From Halorarum halobium (GTDB lineage Archaea > Halobacteriota > Halobacteria > Halobacteriales > Haloferacaceae), in the NCBI RefSeq assembly GCF_032116555.1, contig NZ_CP134949.1, positions 2,294,001-2,358,000 of the forward strand: a stretch of DNA of 64,000 nt. The letters run 5' to 3'. Below, one piece after another: positions 55,987 to 64,000 of this stretch. Position 1 is the first letter of the stretch; each line of letters opens with the position of its first letter. The notes beneath the pieces were generated by a model. The model was not told the origin of the DNA. It did no database searches and worked only from the letters and a program-made list of their open reading frames with translations. The position numbers and the translations under genes were made by a program.

Positions 55987-57009
55987 TCAGGCACCCTCCA
56001 GCCCGACGCGCGGGTCGATGATGGTGTACAACAGGTCCTGAATCAGGTTGATGCCGACGATCATGAGGATGAATACGTACATCAGCGTACCGACGAGGGG
56101 GAGATCGCCCTGGATCGCCGCCTGGAAGAACAGGAATCCGATCCCGTTGATCCCGAAGACGGTCTCGACGAGGACGCTCCCGCCGATGAGGAGGAACGCC
56201 TCGCTGGTGATGATCGGGACGAGCGGAACCAGCGCGTTCCGCAGGATGTGTTTCCAGACGAGCGCGCGGTCGGAGACGCCCTTCGCCTTCGCCAGGTCGA
56301 CGTAGTCCTCGTTTCTGACCTCCAGCACGGCCGTCCGACCGATCCGCATCTCGTTGCCCATCGACGCCGAGCCGAGGACGAGCGCGGCGGGCAACACCTT
56401 CTTGGTCGCCGCGAGGAAGCCGTCGACGGTGCCGAGCCGCGACATGTCGGGGCTCCCGGTGAGCGCGTCGAGCGGGACGACGAACGACTGCCAGTCGAAG
56501 CCGAAGAAGATGGCGCTCGAACTGCCCAGCACGGTGAGCAGCATGATGGCGAGCCAGAAGTTCGGCATGGCTCGCCAGACGATGCCGCCCATCGAGGCGA
56601 GGTAGTCCGAGCCGGTGTTCGAGTGCATCCCCGCGTAAAAGCCGAGCGGGACGCCGATACAGACCGCGATGAGCACCGACCAGAAGCCGAGCCAGAGCGT
56701 GCGCGGCAGGAAGTCGAGGATGAGGGCGTTCACGTTCGACCCCTGATAGAGGAGCCACGTCCGGCCCAGGTCGAACACGATCAGGTTCGACATCCAGTCG
56801 AGATAGTGTTGCAGCGGCGGCTGGTCGAGCCCGAGCTGGGCCTGTGCGGCCTCGTAGGCGGCGGGGTTGCGCGTCTGTCCCTCGCTGAGCAGGCGGGTCG
56901 CGGGGTCGATGGGGCCCATGAAGATGATGAACCACGTCATGGACGCCCCCAGCCACACCACCGGGATGCTCATCAGCAGGCGCTTGCCCAGGTACGTCAG
57001 CTTGCTCAC
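55987..57009 (-). CDS. dppB: Peptide ABC transporter permease (DppB/OppB)
   Basis: AKAKG, KHILRNAL, ETVFGINGIG, DLLYTIIDPR. Confidence 0.95.
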   Translation of the reverse strand: MSKLTYLGKRLLMSIPVVWLGASMTWFIIFMGPIDPATRLLSEGQTRNPAAYEAAQAQLGLDQPPLQHYLDWMSNLIVFDLGRTWLLYQGSNVNALILDFLPRTLWLGFWSVLIAVCIGVPLGFYAGMHSNTGSDYLASMGGIVWRAMPNFWLAIMLLTVLGSSSAIFFGFDWQSFVVPLDALTGSPDMSRLGTVDGFLAATKKVLPAALVLGSASMGNEMRIGRTAVLEVRNEDYVDLAKAKGVSDRALVWKHILRNALVPLVPIITSEAFLLIGGSVLVETVFGINGIGFLFFQAAIQGDLPLVGTLMYVFILMIVGINLIQDLLYTIIDPRVGLEGA

Positions 57010-57119
57010 GTGTGATCCTCCTCCCGTGTCGTGGGACTACGGGCGGTCGAACGAAGTGGTCGGTGTCGTGTAACGTGCATGAATAACGGCGCGGTCGGTG
57101 CCGGTGCGACCTGGCGGGC

Positions 57120-59024
57120 TCAGCGGCTCAGCGTGACGTCGGTGAACGTCTGGTTCTCCATCACGCCGTACATCTCGACGTCGACGTGGTCGTGCCAGAA
57201 GCGCTGGCTGGTCGTGTGCACCGTGGGCAGTTCCTGCACCGACGCCCAGTTGATCTCCTCGATGGTCTGGAACGCCTCGTTCCGGGACGCCTGGTCGGCG
57301 TCGTCGGCCGCGTAGTTCTGCTCCCAGGCGTCGAGCGCCGTCTGCCGGAGCTCGGTGTCGTGGTAGCTCCCTTCGGCACCCCACCGGGTGAACTGCCCCG
57401 ACGGGCTCTCGCCGTAGAGGAACCGCAGGAAGTTCTGCGGGCCGGGGTACTCCATCCCGTCGCCGAGCGCGAACACTTCCATGTCCGCGGAGATGGCCCG
57501 GCTGATGATGGTCCCGAACTCCGCCTCCTCGATGCTCATGTCGATGTAGGCGGAGCGGAGCTTCGACTGGAGCCGGGTGAACACGGAGGCGTAGCCGCTG
57601 TTGCCGGCGATGGTGGTGGCGGTGATCGAGAAGCGGTCGTTCTCGCCGTAGCCCGCCTCCTCCATGACCGCGCGTGCGTCCTCGAGCCGCGTCTCGCCGT
57701 AGCCGTACGGGTAGCCGTCCGCCGCGAAGTCGGTGTTCGACTCGTAGCCCGACTCGGCGTGCTGGTCGTAGGAGTCCTCGCCGGACATCCCGTCCTCGAA
57801 CGTCGGGTACGGCGCGGGCGGCGTGATGTGGTAGCCGGCCTTCGCGTTGCCCTTGTAGACGTTGCGCGCGATCTCGTGCTGGTTCATCGCGTAGGCGAAC
57901 GCCTTCCGGACCGGGATGGGAACTTCGAGCGTGTTGAAGACGAGGTACTCGGTCGAGAGCGACGGGATCTCGCCGTAGTTCACCTCGGTGCCGTCGTCGA
58001 AGGTGTACGTCCCGACCGAGCGGTTGCCGTTCTCCTCCTCGATGGAGACGTTGTCGGGGTTGAACGACGCCGTCGGCATCCCCTCGAGCACGTCCGCGTT
58101 CCCGTTCTGGAACCGGCTGAGGCGGGTGTTCCCGCTGCCGACGACCGTGTAGGTGACGCCGTCGAGCTGGGGGCCCTCGCCGTAGTAGTCGTCGAAGGCG
58201 GTGAGCTGAATCTGGCTCCCCTTCGTCCACGAGTCCACCTGGAACGGGCCGAGGCCGGCGTACGTCGGGCCGCCGTTGGCCGTGCTGAAGAACTCGTTGT
58301 ACTCGTACTCGCCCTCGTAGCCCTCGACGTCGCCGACCGCGCCCTCGGGCAGGACCGCGAACGCGCCGCCCGCGATCTGGAAGAGCGTGTACTGGAACGG
58401 CGAGGCCAGCGTCATCTCGAACGTGTAGTCGTCGACGGCCTCGACCCCGAGCGAGCCCGGGACGTAGTCCGCGAGGCTCGTCTCGTCGGTCGGCTCCGTC
58501 CGCGAGGCGTCCTTCTCGTGCTCGACGGTCATCGTCTCGCCGATGATGTCGTCGCGGTTCCGCGAGTTCTCCGACCCGGCCAGGCGCCGGTAGGAGTAGA
58601 CGACGTCGTCGGCGGTGAACTCGGAGCCGTCGTGGAACGTGACGCCCTCCTTCAGCGTGAACGTGTAGGTGAGGCCGTCGTCGGACATCGAGTAGTCCTC
58701 CGCTAACGCGGCCTCCGGCGGGTAGAGGCCGTTCCGGAACTCCATCAGCGAGCGGCCGTACTGGTCGTAGCCCGCGCCGGACCCCTTCGCGTTGATCGGG
58801 TCGAGCGTCTGGATGGAGCCGGTCGCCATCATCTGGAGCGTGCCGCCGGCCATCGGCGTCCCCTGGTCCGACTCCTCGGTGTCGTCCCCGCCGTCGCTCG
58901 GTTCGCTCGGCTCCGGCGTGTCGGTTGGATCACTCGAGGGGCCCGACTGGCACCCGGCGAGCGCCGTCACTGCTCCCGTCCCTGCAACCGTCAGAAAACC
59001 GCGCCGCGTTGTGTCCTGAGGCAT
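57120..59024 (-). CDS. dppA: Peptide ABC transporter substrate-binding lipoprotein (DppA/OppA)
   Basis: TRRGFL...LAGC Tat lipobox; LKEGVTFHDGSEFTADDVVYS. Confidence 0.93.
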   Translation of the reverse strand: MPQDTTRRGFLTVAGTGAVTALAGCQSGPSSDPTDTPEPSEPSDGGDDTEESDQGTPMAGGTLQMMATGSIQTLDPINAKGSGAGYDQYGRSLMEFRNGLYPPEAALAEDYSMSDDGLTYTFTLKEGVTFHDGSEFTADDVVYSYRRLAGSENSRNRDDIIGETMTVEHEKDASRTEPTDETSLADYVPGSLGVEAVDDYTFEMTLASPFQYTLFQIAGGAFAVLPEGAVGDVEGYEGEYEYNEFFSTANGGPTYAGLGPFQVDSWTKGSQIQLTAFDDYYGEGPQLDGVTYTVVGSGNTRLSRFQNGNADVLEGMPTASFNPDNVSIEEENGNRSVGTYTFDDGTEVNYGEIPSLSTEYLVFNTLEVPIPVRKAFAYAMNQHEIARNVYKGNAKAGYHITPPAPYPTFEDGMSGEDSYDQHAESGYESNTDFAADGYPYGYGETRLEDARAVMEEAGYGENDRFSITATTIAGNSGYASVFTRLQSKLRSAYIDMSIEEAEFGTIISRAISADMEVFALGDGMEYPGPQNFLRFLYGESPSGQFTRWGAEGSYHDTELRQTALDAWEQNYAADDADQASRNEAFQTIEEINWASVQELPTVHTTSQRFWHDHVDVEMYGVMENQTFTDVTLSR

Positions 59025-59178
59025 CACTGTAATCTGACCTTTCAGCGGTTAACTGGTTTTCTATTATAAACATATACCGATATTAGTCAATATATACCGG
59101 TACGTATCCGTAGCGGGTCGACGGGAGATCCGCCCGCGAGGGAGTGGATATTTGTGCCGGCGAGCGAAGCCACGGACG

Positions 59179-59655
59179 ATGCCGGACACCACGAACGACG
59201 CGTCCAACGCGTGGGCCAGAACGCTGGAGTCGGCCACGGAGATGGCCGAGCAACTGCGCGCAGACGGGTGGGAGGTCGTGACCGTGCGCGCGGGCCACGT
59301 CGCACCGGAGGACCCCGAGCACGGCGACACGGATCGGTTCGGCTTCGTCTACCTCGCCCAGGGCGAGGTCGCCGACGACTTCCGTGCGGCCATCGCCGAC
59401 GGCGAGTTCGACGGCTACGAGGCGTTCAGCCGCCGCGACGGCTCGGATCTGTTCGTGCTCACCCGGATGACGGACGCGGACCGGCGGACGGCCGTGTTGC
59501 TCGTCGGGTCGGTGAACCTCGCGCACGCGGGGGACCTCGCGGCCGCCGCACGCGAACGCGGCGAGATGTACTCACACGTCGTCCTGCTCGACGGGACCCA
59601 CCTCGGCGCGTTCCGCCACGACGACCCCGACGCCTTCCTCCCGGAGGACGTATGA
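59179..59655 (+). CDS. Conserved haloarchaeal hypothetical protein
   Basis: Acidic 158 aa; ATGA overlap with the next gene. Confidence 0.75.
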   Translation: MPDTTNDASNAWARTLESATEMAEQLRADGWEVVTVRAGHVAPEDPEHGDTDRFGFVYLAQGEVADDFRAAIADGEFDGYEAFSRRDGSDLFVLTRMTDADRRTAVLLVGSVNLAHAGDLAAAARERGEMYSHVVLLDGTHLGAFRHDDPDAFLPEDV

Positions 59656-60590
59656 CCGGCGACGAATCGGCCGGGTCGCTGCTCGCACGGCTCGACGCGC
59701 CCGCGGGGGAGCACACGCGTTTCGCGGTCCTCGCCGACGCGCACGTCTCCACGCGCGAGGAGGGTACCTCGAAGCTGTTCGATCACACCCTCGCGCACCT
59801 GGAGGCCGCGGTCGCGGACATCAACGAGCGCGACGTCGACGTCGTCCTCTCGCCGGGGGACCTGACGAAGGACGGCGAGCCGTGGAACTACGACGCCGTG
59901 GACGGTGCGCTCGACGCGCTCGAAGCCCCCTTCTTCGCCGTCCCGGGCAACCACGACGTGCCGAAGGCGGGCGACGAGCACGACACCCCGCCGGTCTCGC
60001 GCTTCGCCGAGCGCTACGGCCCCGGCCGGCTCCCGTTCCACGTCGAGGTCGGGGGCCTGGACGTCGTCGGCGTCAACAGCGCCGGCACCGCGGACCGCCT
60101 GTTCGAGCGCCACGAGGGGCGCGTGGACGAGGAGACGAACGCATGGCTGGCGGAGACGCTCGCTGACGCGGACACCCCGGTCGTGCTCTCCCACCATAAC
60201 CTCCCGCCGGTCGACGACCAGATCGCGGCCCACCGCGAGATCGAGCCCGAGATGGTGGAGATCCCGGGCATGCTGGACGCCGACCCGTTCGCGGAGGCGC
60301 TCGCGGCCGGGGGCACCGATCTGCTCCTCACCGGCCACTACCACCTGCCCGCCACCGGACGGTACGACGGCGTACGCGAGATCGCGACCCCGGCGACCTG
60401 CTCGTTCCCGCAGTCGTACCTGCTCTGTGAGACGACGCCCGCGGGGACGGAGATTCGGCTGGTTCCCGTCGCCGACGAGGTCGGACTGGAGACCGGGCAT
60501 CACGGGCGTGCCGGTGACTCGGCGACGTCGCGGGGCTTGACGGCGATCGCCGCGGCGCGGCTGGCGTCGTTCCCGCTCGTATCGGAGTAG
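59652..60590 (+). CDS. Metallophosphoesterase (CpdA/Icc-like)
   Basis: ADAH, GDLT, PGNHD, HHN, GHYH. Confidence 0.9.
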   Translation: MTGDESAGSLLARLDAPAGEHTRFAVLADAHVSTREEGTSKLFDHTLAHLEAAVADINERDVDVVLSPGDLTKDGEPWNYDAVDGALDALEAPFFAVPGNHDVPKAGDEHDTPPVSRFAERYGPGRLPFHVEVGGLDVVGVNSAGTADRLFERHEGRVDEETNAWLAETLADADTPVVLSHHNLPPVDDQIAAHREIEPEMVEIPGMLDADPFAEALAAGGTDLLLTGHYHLPATGRYDGVREIATPATCSFPQSYLLCETTPAGTEIRLVPVADEVGLETGHHGRAGDSATSRGLTAIAAARLASFPLVSE

Positions 60591-60754
60591 GGTGGGTGTT
60601 CCGAGGTTCCGTTCCGGTGAGGGTCGGAACGGATTCGACCACGCCGAGACGTGCTCGCTTCGCCGCGCGCGCCTCGTCTCCTTCGAATCCGCCCACGACG
60701 CCGTTTCGATACCACGGACTCCTCGCTCCGCTCGTCGTTGCGAGGTATCAGAAG

Positions 60755-60768
60755 TGGATCGGGGCGGA
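60755..60768 (-). repeat. Putative att site of a second island (tRNA 3'-end-like sequence)
   Basis: Reverse complement TCCGCCCCGATCCA resembles T-stem plus acceptor 3' strand of a tRNA (Val-like); ~80 bp before an integrase, at a GC drop. Confidence 0.5.
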
Positions 60769-60846
60769 AAAAGCGCTAGAGACGCACCGGCCCTTCGCCG
60801 CCGTTCACGCGCGGGAGAGGCTCTCTACTGGCGGCCCGTGTGAACT

Positions 60847-61844
60847 ATGACCACGGACAAAGACGAACTGGAGCCGCTTGATCCCGAGATGGGAACCGAG
60901 CTGTTCCTCGAACACAAGGCAACTGACTGTACAGATTCGACCGTCCAGAACCATCGGTACCGGATGAAGCACTTCTTAGAGTGGTGCGAAGAAGAAGGAA
61001 TTGACAACCTCAACAAATTGTCCGGACGGGATCTCCAGCGGTATCGCCTCTGGCTTGCCGACAATAACGAAATCAATGCTGTCACGATGAAGAACATGAC
61101 ATCCGGGTTCCGCGTCTTCCTCAAGTGGGCAGGCTCAGTTGAGGCAGTGCCGGAGAACCTCTACTCCAAGCTGATGATCCAAACGTCCGGCGCAGTCAAC
61201 AGAGTAGTGAGGACATCCTCGACGCAGAGCGAGCTGAAGAACTCCTCAAACACCTCTCACGGTACGAGTACGCCTCGATGCACCACGTCTTGATTGCGCT
61301 CCTGTGGGAGACGGGAATGCGAATGGGCGCTTCCCATGCAGTCGATTTGACGGATGTAAGCTTCGAAGACGAGCGTGTCGAGCTTGTCCACCGTCCCAAT
61401 CAGGATACGACGCTAAAAAACGGCAAGAGTGGTGAGCGGTTCGTTGCGATGTCCACTGAATTGGCGAAGATGCTCGAAGACCATGTTGATGAGGTTCGAC
61501 ATGATGTCACCGACGACCACGGTCGGGAACCGCTCTTGACCACGGAGCATGGACGAATGTGTCGAACGACGATTCGTCGGAATGTGAACCGGGTCACCGC
61601 TCCGTGTTACCTGAATGAGTCGTGCCCGGATTGCAACCATAGTACTCAAGAGAAGTGTCCCGAGGCAGTCAGCCCGCACGCAATCCGTCGTGGCAGCATC
61701 ACGCACTTTCTCACGAAAGACGTGCCAGTCGAGGTAGTCAGCGACCGCATGGGCGTGAGTCGGAAAGTGCTCGACAAACACTACGACAAGCGGTCAGCTG
61801 AGGTGAAACTGGAACAGCGGCGCGGGTATCTCGACGAGGTCTGA
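60847..61844 (+). pseudogene. SNJ2-like tyrosine integrase split by a single frameshift
   Basis: N-half 60847-61293 and C-half 61278-61844 (TGMR, LKNG, PHAIRR, KHYD) join if one base is restored near 61178-61183. Confidence 0.85.
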
Positions 61845-61934
61845 CCGAATAGCCGAATAGCGAAACAGCTTCGTTTTTGACCCTGTTGACATCCTCAGCA
61901 GTTGATAGAACTGGCCTGCTGAATAGAGAGCATG

Positions 61935-62913
61935 GGCCTTGTTTAGACGCTCAGGATCGACCCAAAAAGGTCATCTCTAGTAAACCCTAGTGTCCTAGCA
62001 AAAGCCGCTACTTGTCGAATGCACTAGGGAGTGAAGCGGGTCGGTTTCGGTGTGCTGACGAAGACCGCCCGCTTCGCGAAGACAGTCGTGACGTTCGCTC
62101 AAAAAGCCGTCGCTGGCCCGCCGGTACCGGCATACCGACCGGGTGAAGACGGGTATGCCGACTGGGTGATTCTCGCGGTTCAAGGCCTCAAAGAGTACCT
62201 CAACCACGAGTACAGAAAGCTGATGGATGTTCTCCGAGAAATGCCGAGAGTCGCGAATCTGCTCGACTTGACGCCTGAAACGCTACCACACTTCTCGACG
62301 GTGTGCGCACGAAAGCAGGAGATCCCGATGAAGCGGTGGCGAGCGATGCTCGATTCGTCGGTCGATCTGTACGAGCTCGGAGACGTTCAGGCGATCGACG
62401 CAACCGGTGTGGATCGCGTCCAAGCCAGCCAGCACTACGCGAAACGGACGGACTACACGTTCGAAGCGGTGAAAACCACGCTGCTGGTCGATTGTGAGAC
62501 GAGTGCGATCCTAGATATACACTGTTCGATGAAACAACCACACGATACACAGGTCGGCTGGCAGGTGCTCGTCCGGAATTTGGACGTGTTAGGCACTGTC
62601 ACAGCGGATAAGGGCTACGACTGGGAGGAACTTCGAACACGGTTACGTGCGGAAAGTATCACACCACTGATTCCGCAGCGAGATCCTGGGATGCGGGGAT
62701 GGGCGAAAAACTTGCTCATCCATGATCGGGCGTATCACCAACGTTCGAACGCTGAGTCGGTGTTTTTCGGTCTCCGGCGCAGATACGGAGATACGCTCTG
62801 GTCGAGAACCTGGTTCGGCCAATTCCGTGAACTTGTCATGAAATCCGCGGTCCGAAACATCGAACGCGCATTAGAGGGTTCAAACTGGTGAAATCTGGCG
62901 TCTAAACAAGGCC
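61935..62913 (+). mobile_element. IS5-family insertion sequence (ISH1-group-like), 979 bp
   Basis: 16-bp perfect TIR GGCCTTGTTTAGACGC (61935-61950 / 62898-62913); 9-bp TSD GAGAGCATG (61926-61934 / 62914-62922). Confidence 0.95.
62031..62891 (+). CDS. IS5-family DDE transposase
   Basis: AIDATG, HDTQ, ADKGYD, YHQRSNAESVF. Confidence 0.95.
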   Translation: MKRVGFGVLTKTARFAKTVVTFAQKAVAGPPVPAYRPGEDGYADWVILAVQGLKEYLNHEYRKLMDVLREMPRVANLLDLTPETLPHFSTVCARKQEIPMKRWRAMLDSSVDLYELGDVQAIDATGVDRVQASQHYAKRTDYTFEAVKTTLLVDCETSAILDIHCSMKQPHDTQVGWQVLVRNLDVLGTVTADKGYDWEELRTRLRAESITPLIPQRDPGMRGWAKNLLIHDRAYHQRSNAESVFFGLRRRYGDTLWSRTWFGQFRELVMKSAVRNIERALEGSNW

Positions 62914-63172
62914 GAGAGCATGAATTCAGCACTGGGCTGCTGCTTCATTCCAGCAAATCTACGGCGAAATCGCTGTTATGTCTATACGCGTATCGACCAT
63001 TCGGAGTCTCCGATAGTCGTCCACACTCGCTACGAGACATCGGTTGAATCTGAGTAACGTCAATTAGTTGGTTGGTACTCTCTCTGCATCTGTCTCGGTG
63101 CTTCCCTAAAAGGCATCTCAATGAGTCTGCCGGGGGGTGGAGGTTTATACACGTCGGGTACCGAATGGCGAT

Positions 63173-63589
63173 ATGGCAATTCTCGTGCCCTACGATGGGT
63201 CACACCCAGCGCAGAACGCGATAGAGCATGCGGTCAGAACAACGGGCGACGAGGAGATTATTCTGTTACGTGTCATCGAAGTGGCCAGCGGGTCGATCCA
63301 AGCAGGGATCAACCTTGTGCAGGAGAAACTCAAAGAGAAGCAGGAAGAGGAAGCAGATGAGTTGTCTGAAGAGATTGAAACGATTTTGGACGCAGACCGC
63401 GTCGAATTCCGAGTGGAAACTGCCGTTGGCAAGCCCTCCAGAGAGATCGTCTCCTTCGCGGAGGAACACGATATCACTCAAATCATCATCGGCAGCCACG
63501 GTCGAGAAGGCGTCTCTCGCGTGTTACTGGGGAATGTCGCCGAGAACGTTGTCCGACGTGCCCCAACCACAGTTACCGTTGTTCGCTGA
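63173..63589 (+). CDS. Universal stress protein (UspA family)
   Basis: ILVPYDGS, IIGSHGREGVSRVLLGNVAENVVRRAP; TTTATA box at 63144-63149. Confidence 0.95.
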   Translation: MAILVPYDGSHPAQNAIEHAVRTTGDEEIILLRVIEVASGSIQAGINLVQEKLKEKQEEEADELSEEIETILDADRVEFRVETAVGKPSREIVSFAEEHDITQIIIGSHGREGVSRVLLGNVAENVVRRAPTTVTVVR

Positions 63590-64000
63590 CTCAGACCCGG
63601 TGTGCGGAATTCATAGTCACGTGTCGTGATAGATAGCTCGTCTGTACTTACCGAAGCGACTCACCACATCGAGGCGAGTTCTCACCAGCGGATTCGATGT
63701 GAAACATCCGGTAAGTGGGGTTGCGTATCTATCGCCGTAGTTCCTCGGGGGACCAACTCGTCTACCGGTACCGTCTGCTTGTGTCGGTAATTGTTGATAC
63801 TGCTGCAACATAACGGCTATCGCGTCATCGGCTACGCCCTCGGCTGGGATCAGTCGTGAGCGACAGTTGTGTCTCGCAGTGGCCCACCACAGTCGGGACA
63901 CTCATCTTCGTGTTCCGGGTTGTCGACACCATCTCCACACTCTTGACACACATACAACGTGGACTCGGCGGGGGCAGGATCAGTTTCTACCATCATCAAT

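Noticed and set aside
61170..61195. Programmed -1 ribosomal frameshift in the second integrase
   Set aside because: No canonical X XXY YYZ slippery heptamer or obvious downstream structure; a simple deletion is more parsimonious
63617..63901. 94-aa minus-strand ORF at the window end
   Set aside because: No motif, atypical composition, no support
1..64000. CRISPR array or cas genes; rRNA
   Set aside because: No regularly spaced direct repeats with unique spacers and no recognisable cas or rRNA sequence; the intergenic repeats are palindromic and dispersed

Overview
High-GC haloarchaeal (Halobacteria) chromosome segment: acidic proteins, archaeal histone, CCA enzyme, EgsA, archaeal tRNAs. Most of it is ordinary core genome: cofactor and lipid genes, a tRNA-Ile2/tRNA-Asn-cca-HDAC-histone-RPA cluster, a peptide ABC transporter and two GH13 enzymes. 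There are two accessory regions. (1) A complete ~7.7 kb element (10581-18325) integrated at the 3' end of tRNA-Ile2(CAT) and bounded by a 17-bp direct repeat. It carries an SNJ2-type tyrosine integrase, a phiH1-like repressor, a HUH rolling-circle Rep and a zinc-ribbon protein, but no virion genes. Its cargo is an AT-rich three-gene operon: a PD-(D/E)XK nuclease with a wHTH-like insert, a stand-alone Hanks Ser/Thr kinase and a predicted TIM-barrel protein. This operon is the best candidate for an undescribed, probably anti-viral or addiction, system. (2) The left end of a second island from ~60755, with a tRNA-3'-end-like att, a frameshifted integrase, an intact IS5-family element with a 9-bp TSD, and a Usp gene. 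Other points of note: an opsin with Arg in place of the Schiff-base Lys coupled to a transducer, two apparent pseudoenzymes (ThrC-like without the PLP lysine, NAD-kinase-like without GGDG), an actin homolog paired with an ArlD/E-domain gene, a CBS-HPF-like fusion, and modular palindromic intergenic repeats. All calls come from motif recognition by eye; no searches were run and GC values are estimates.
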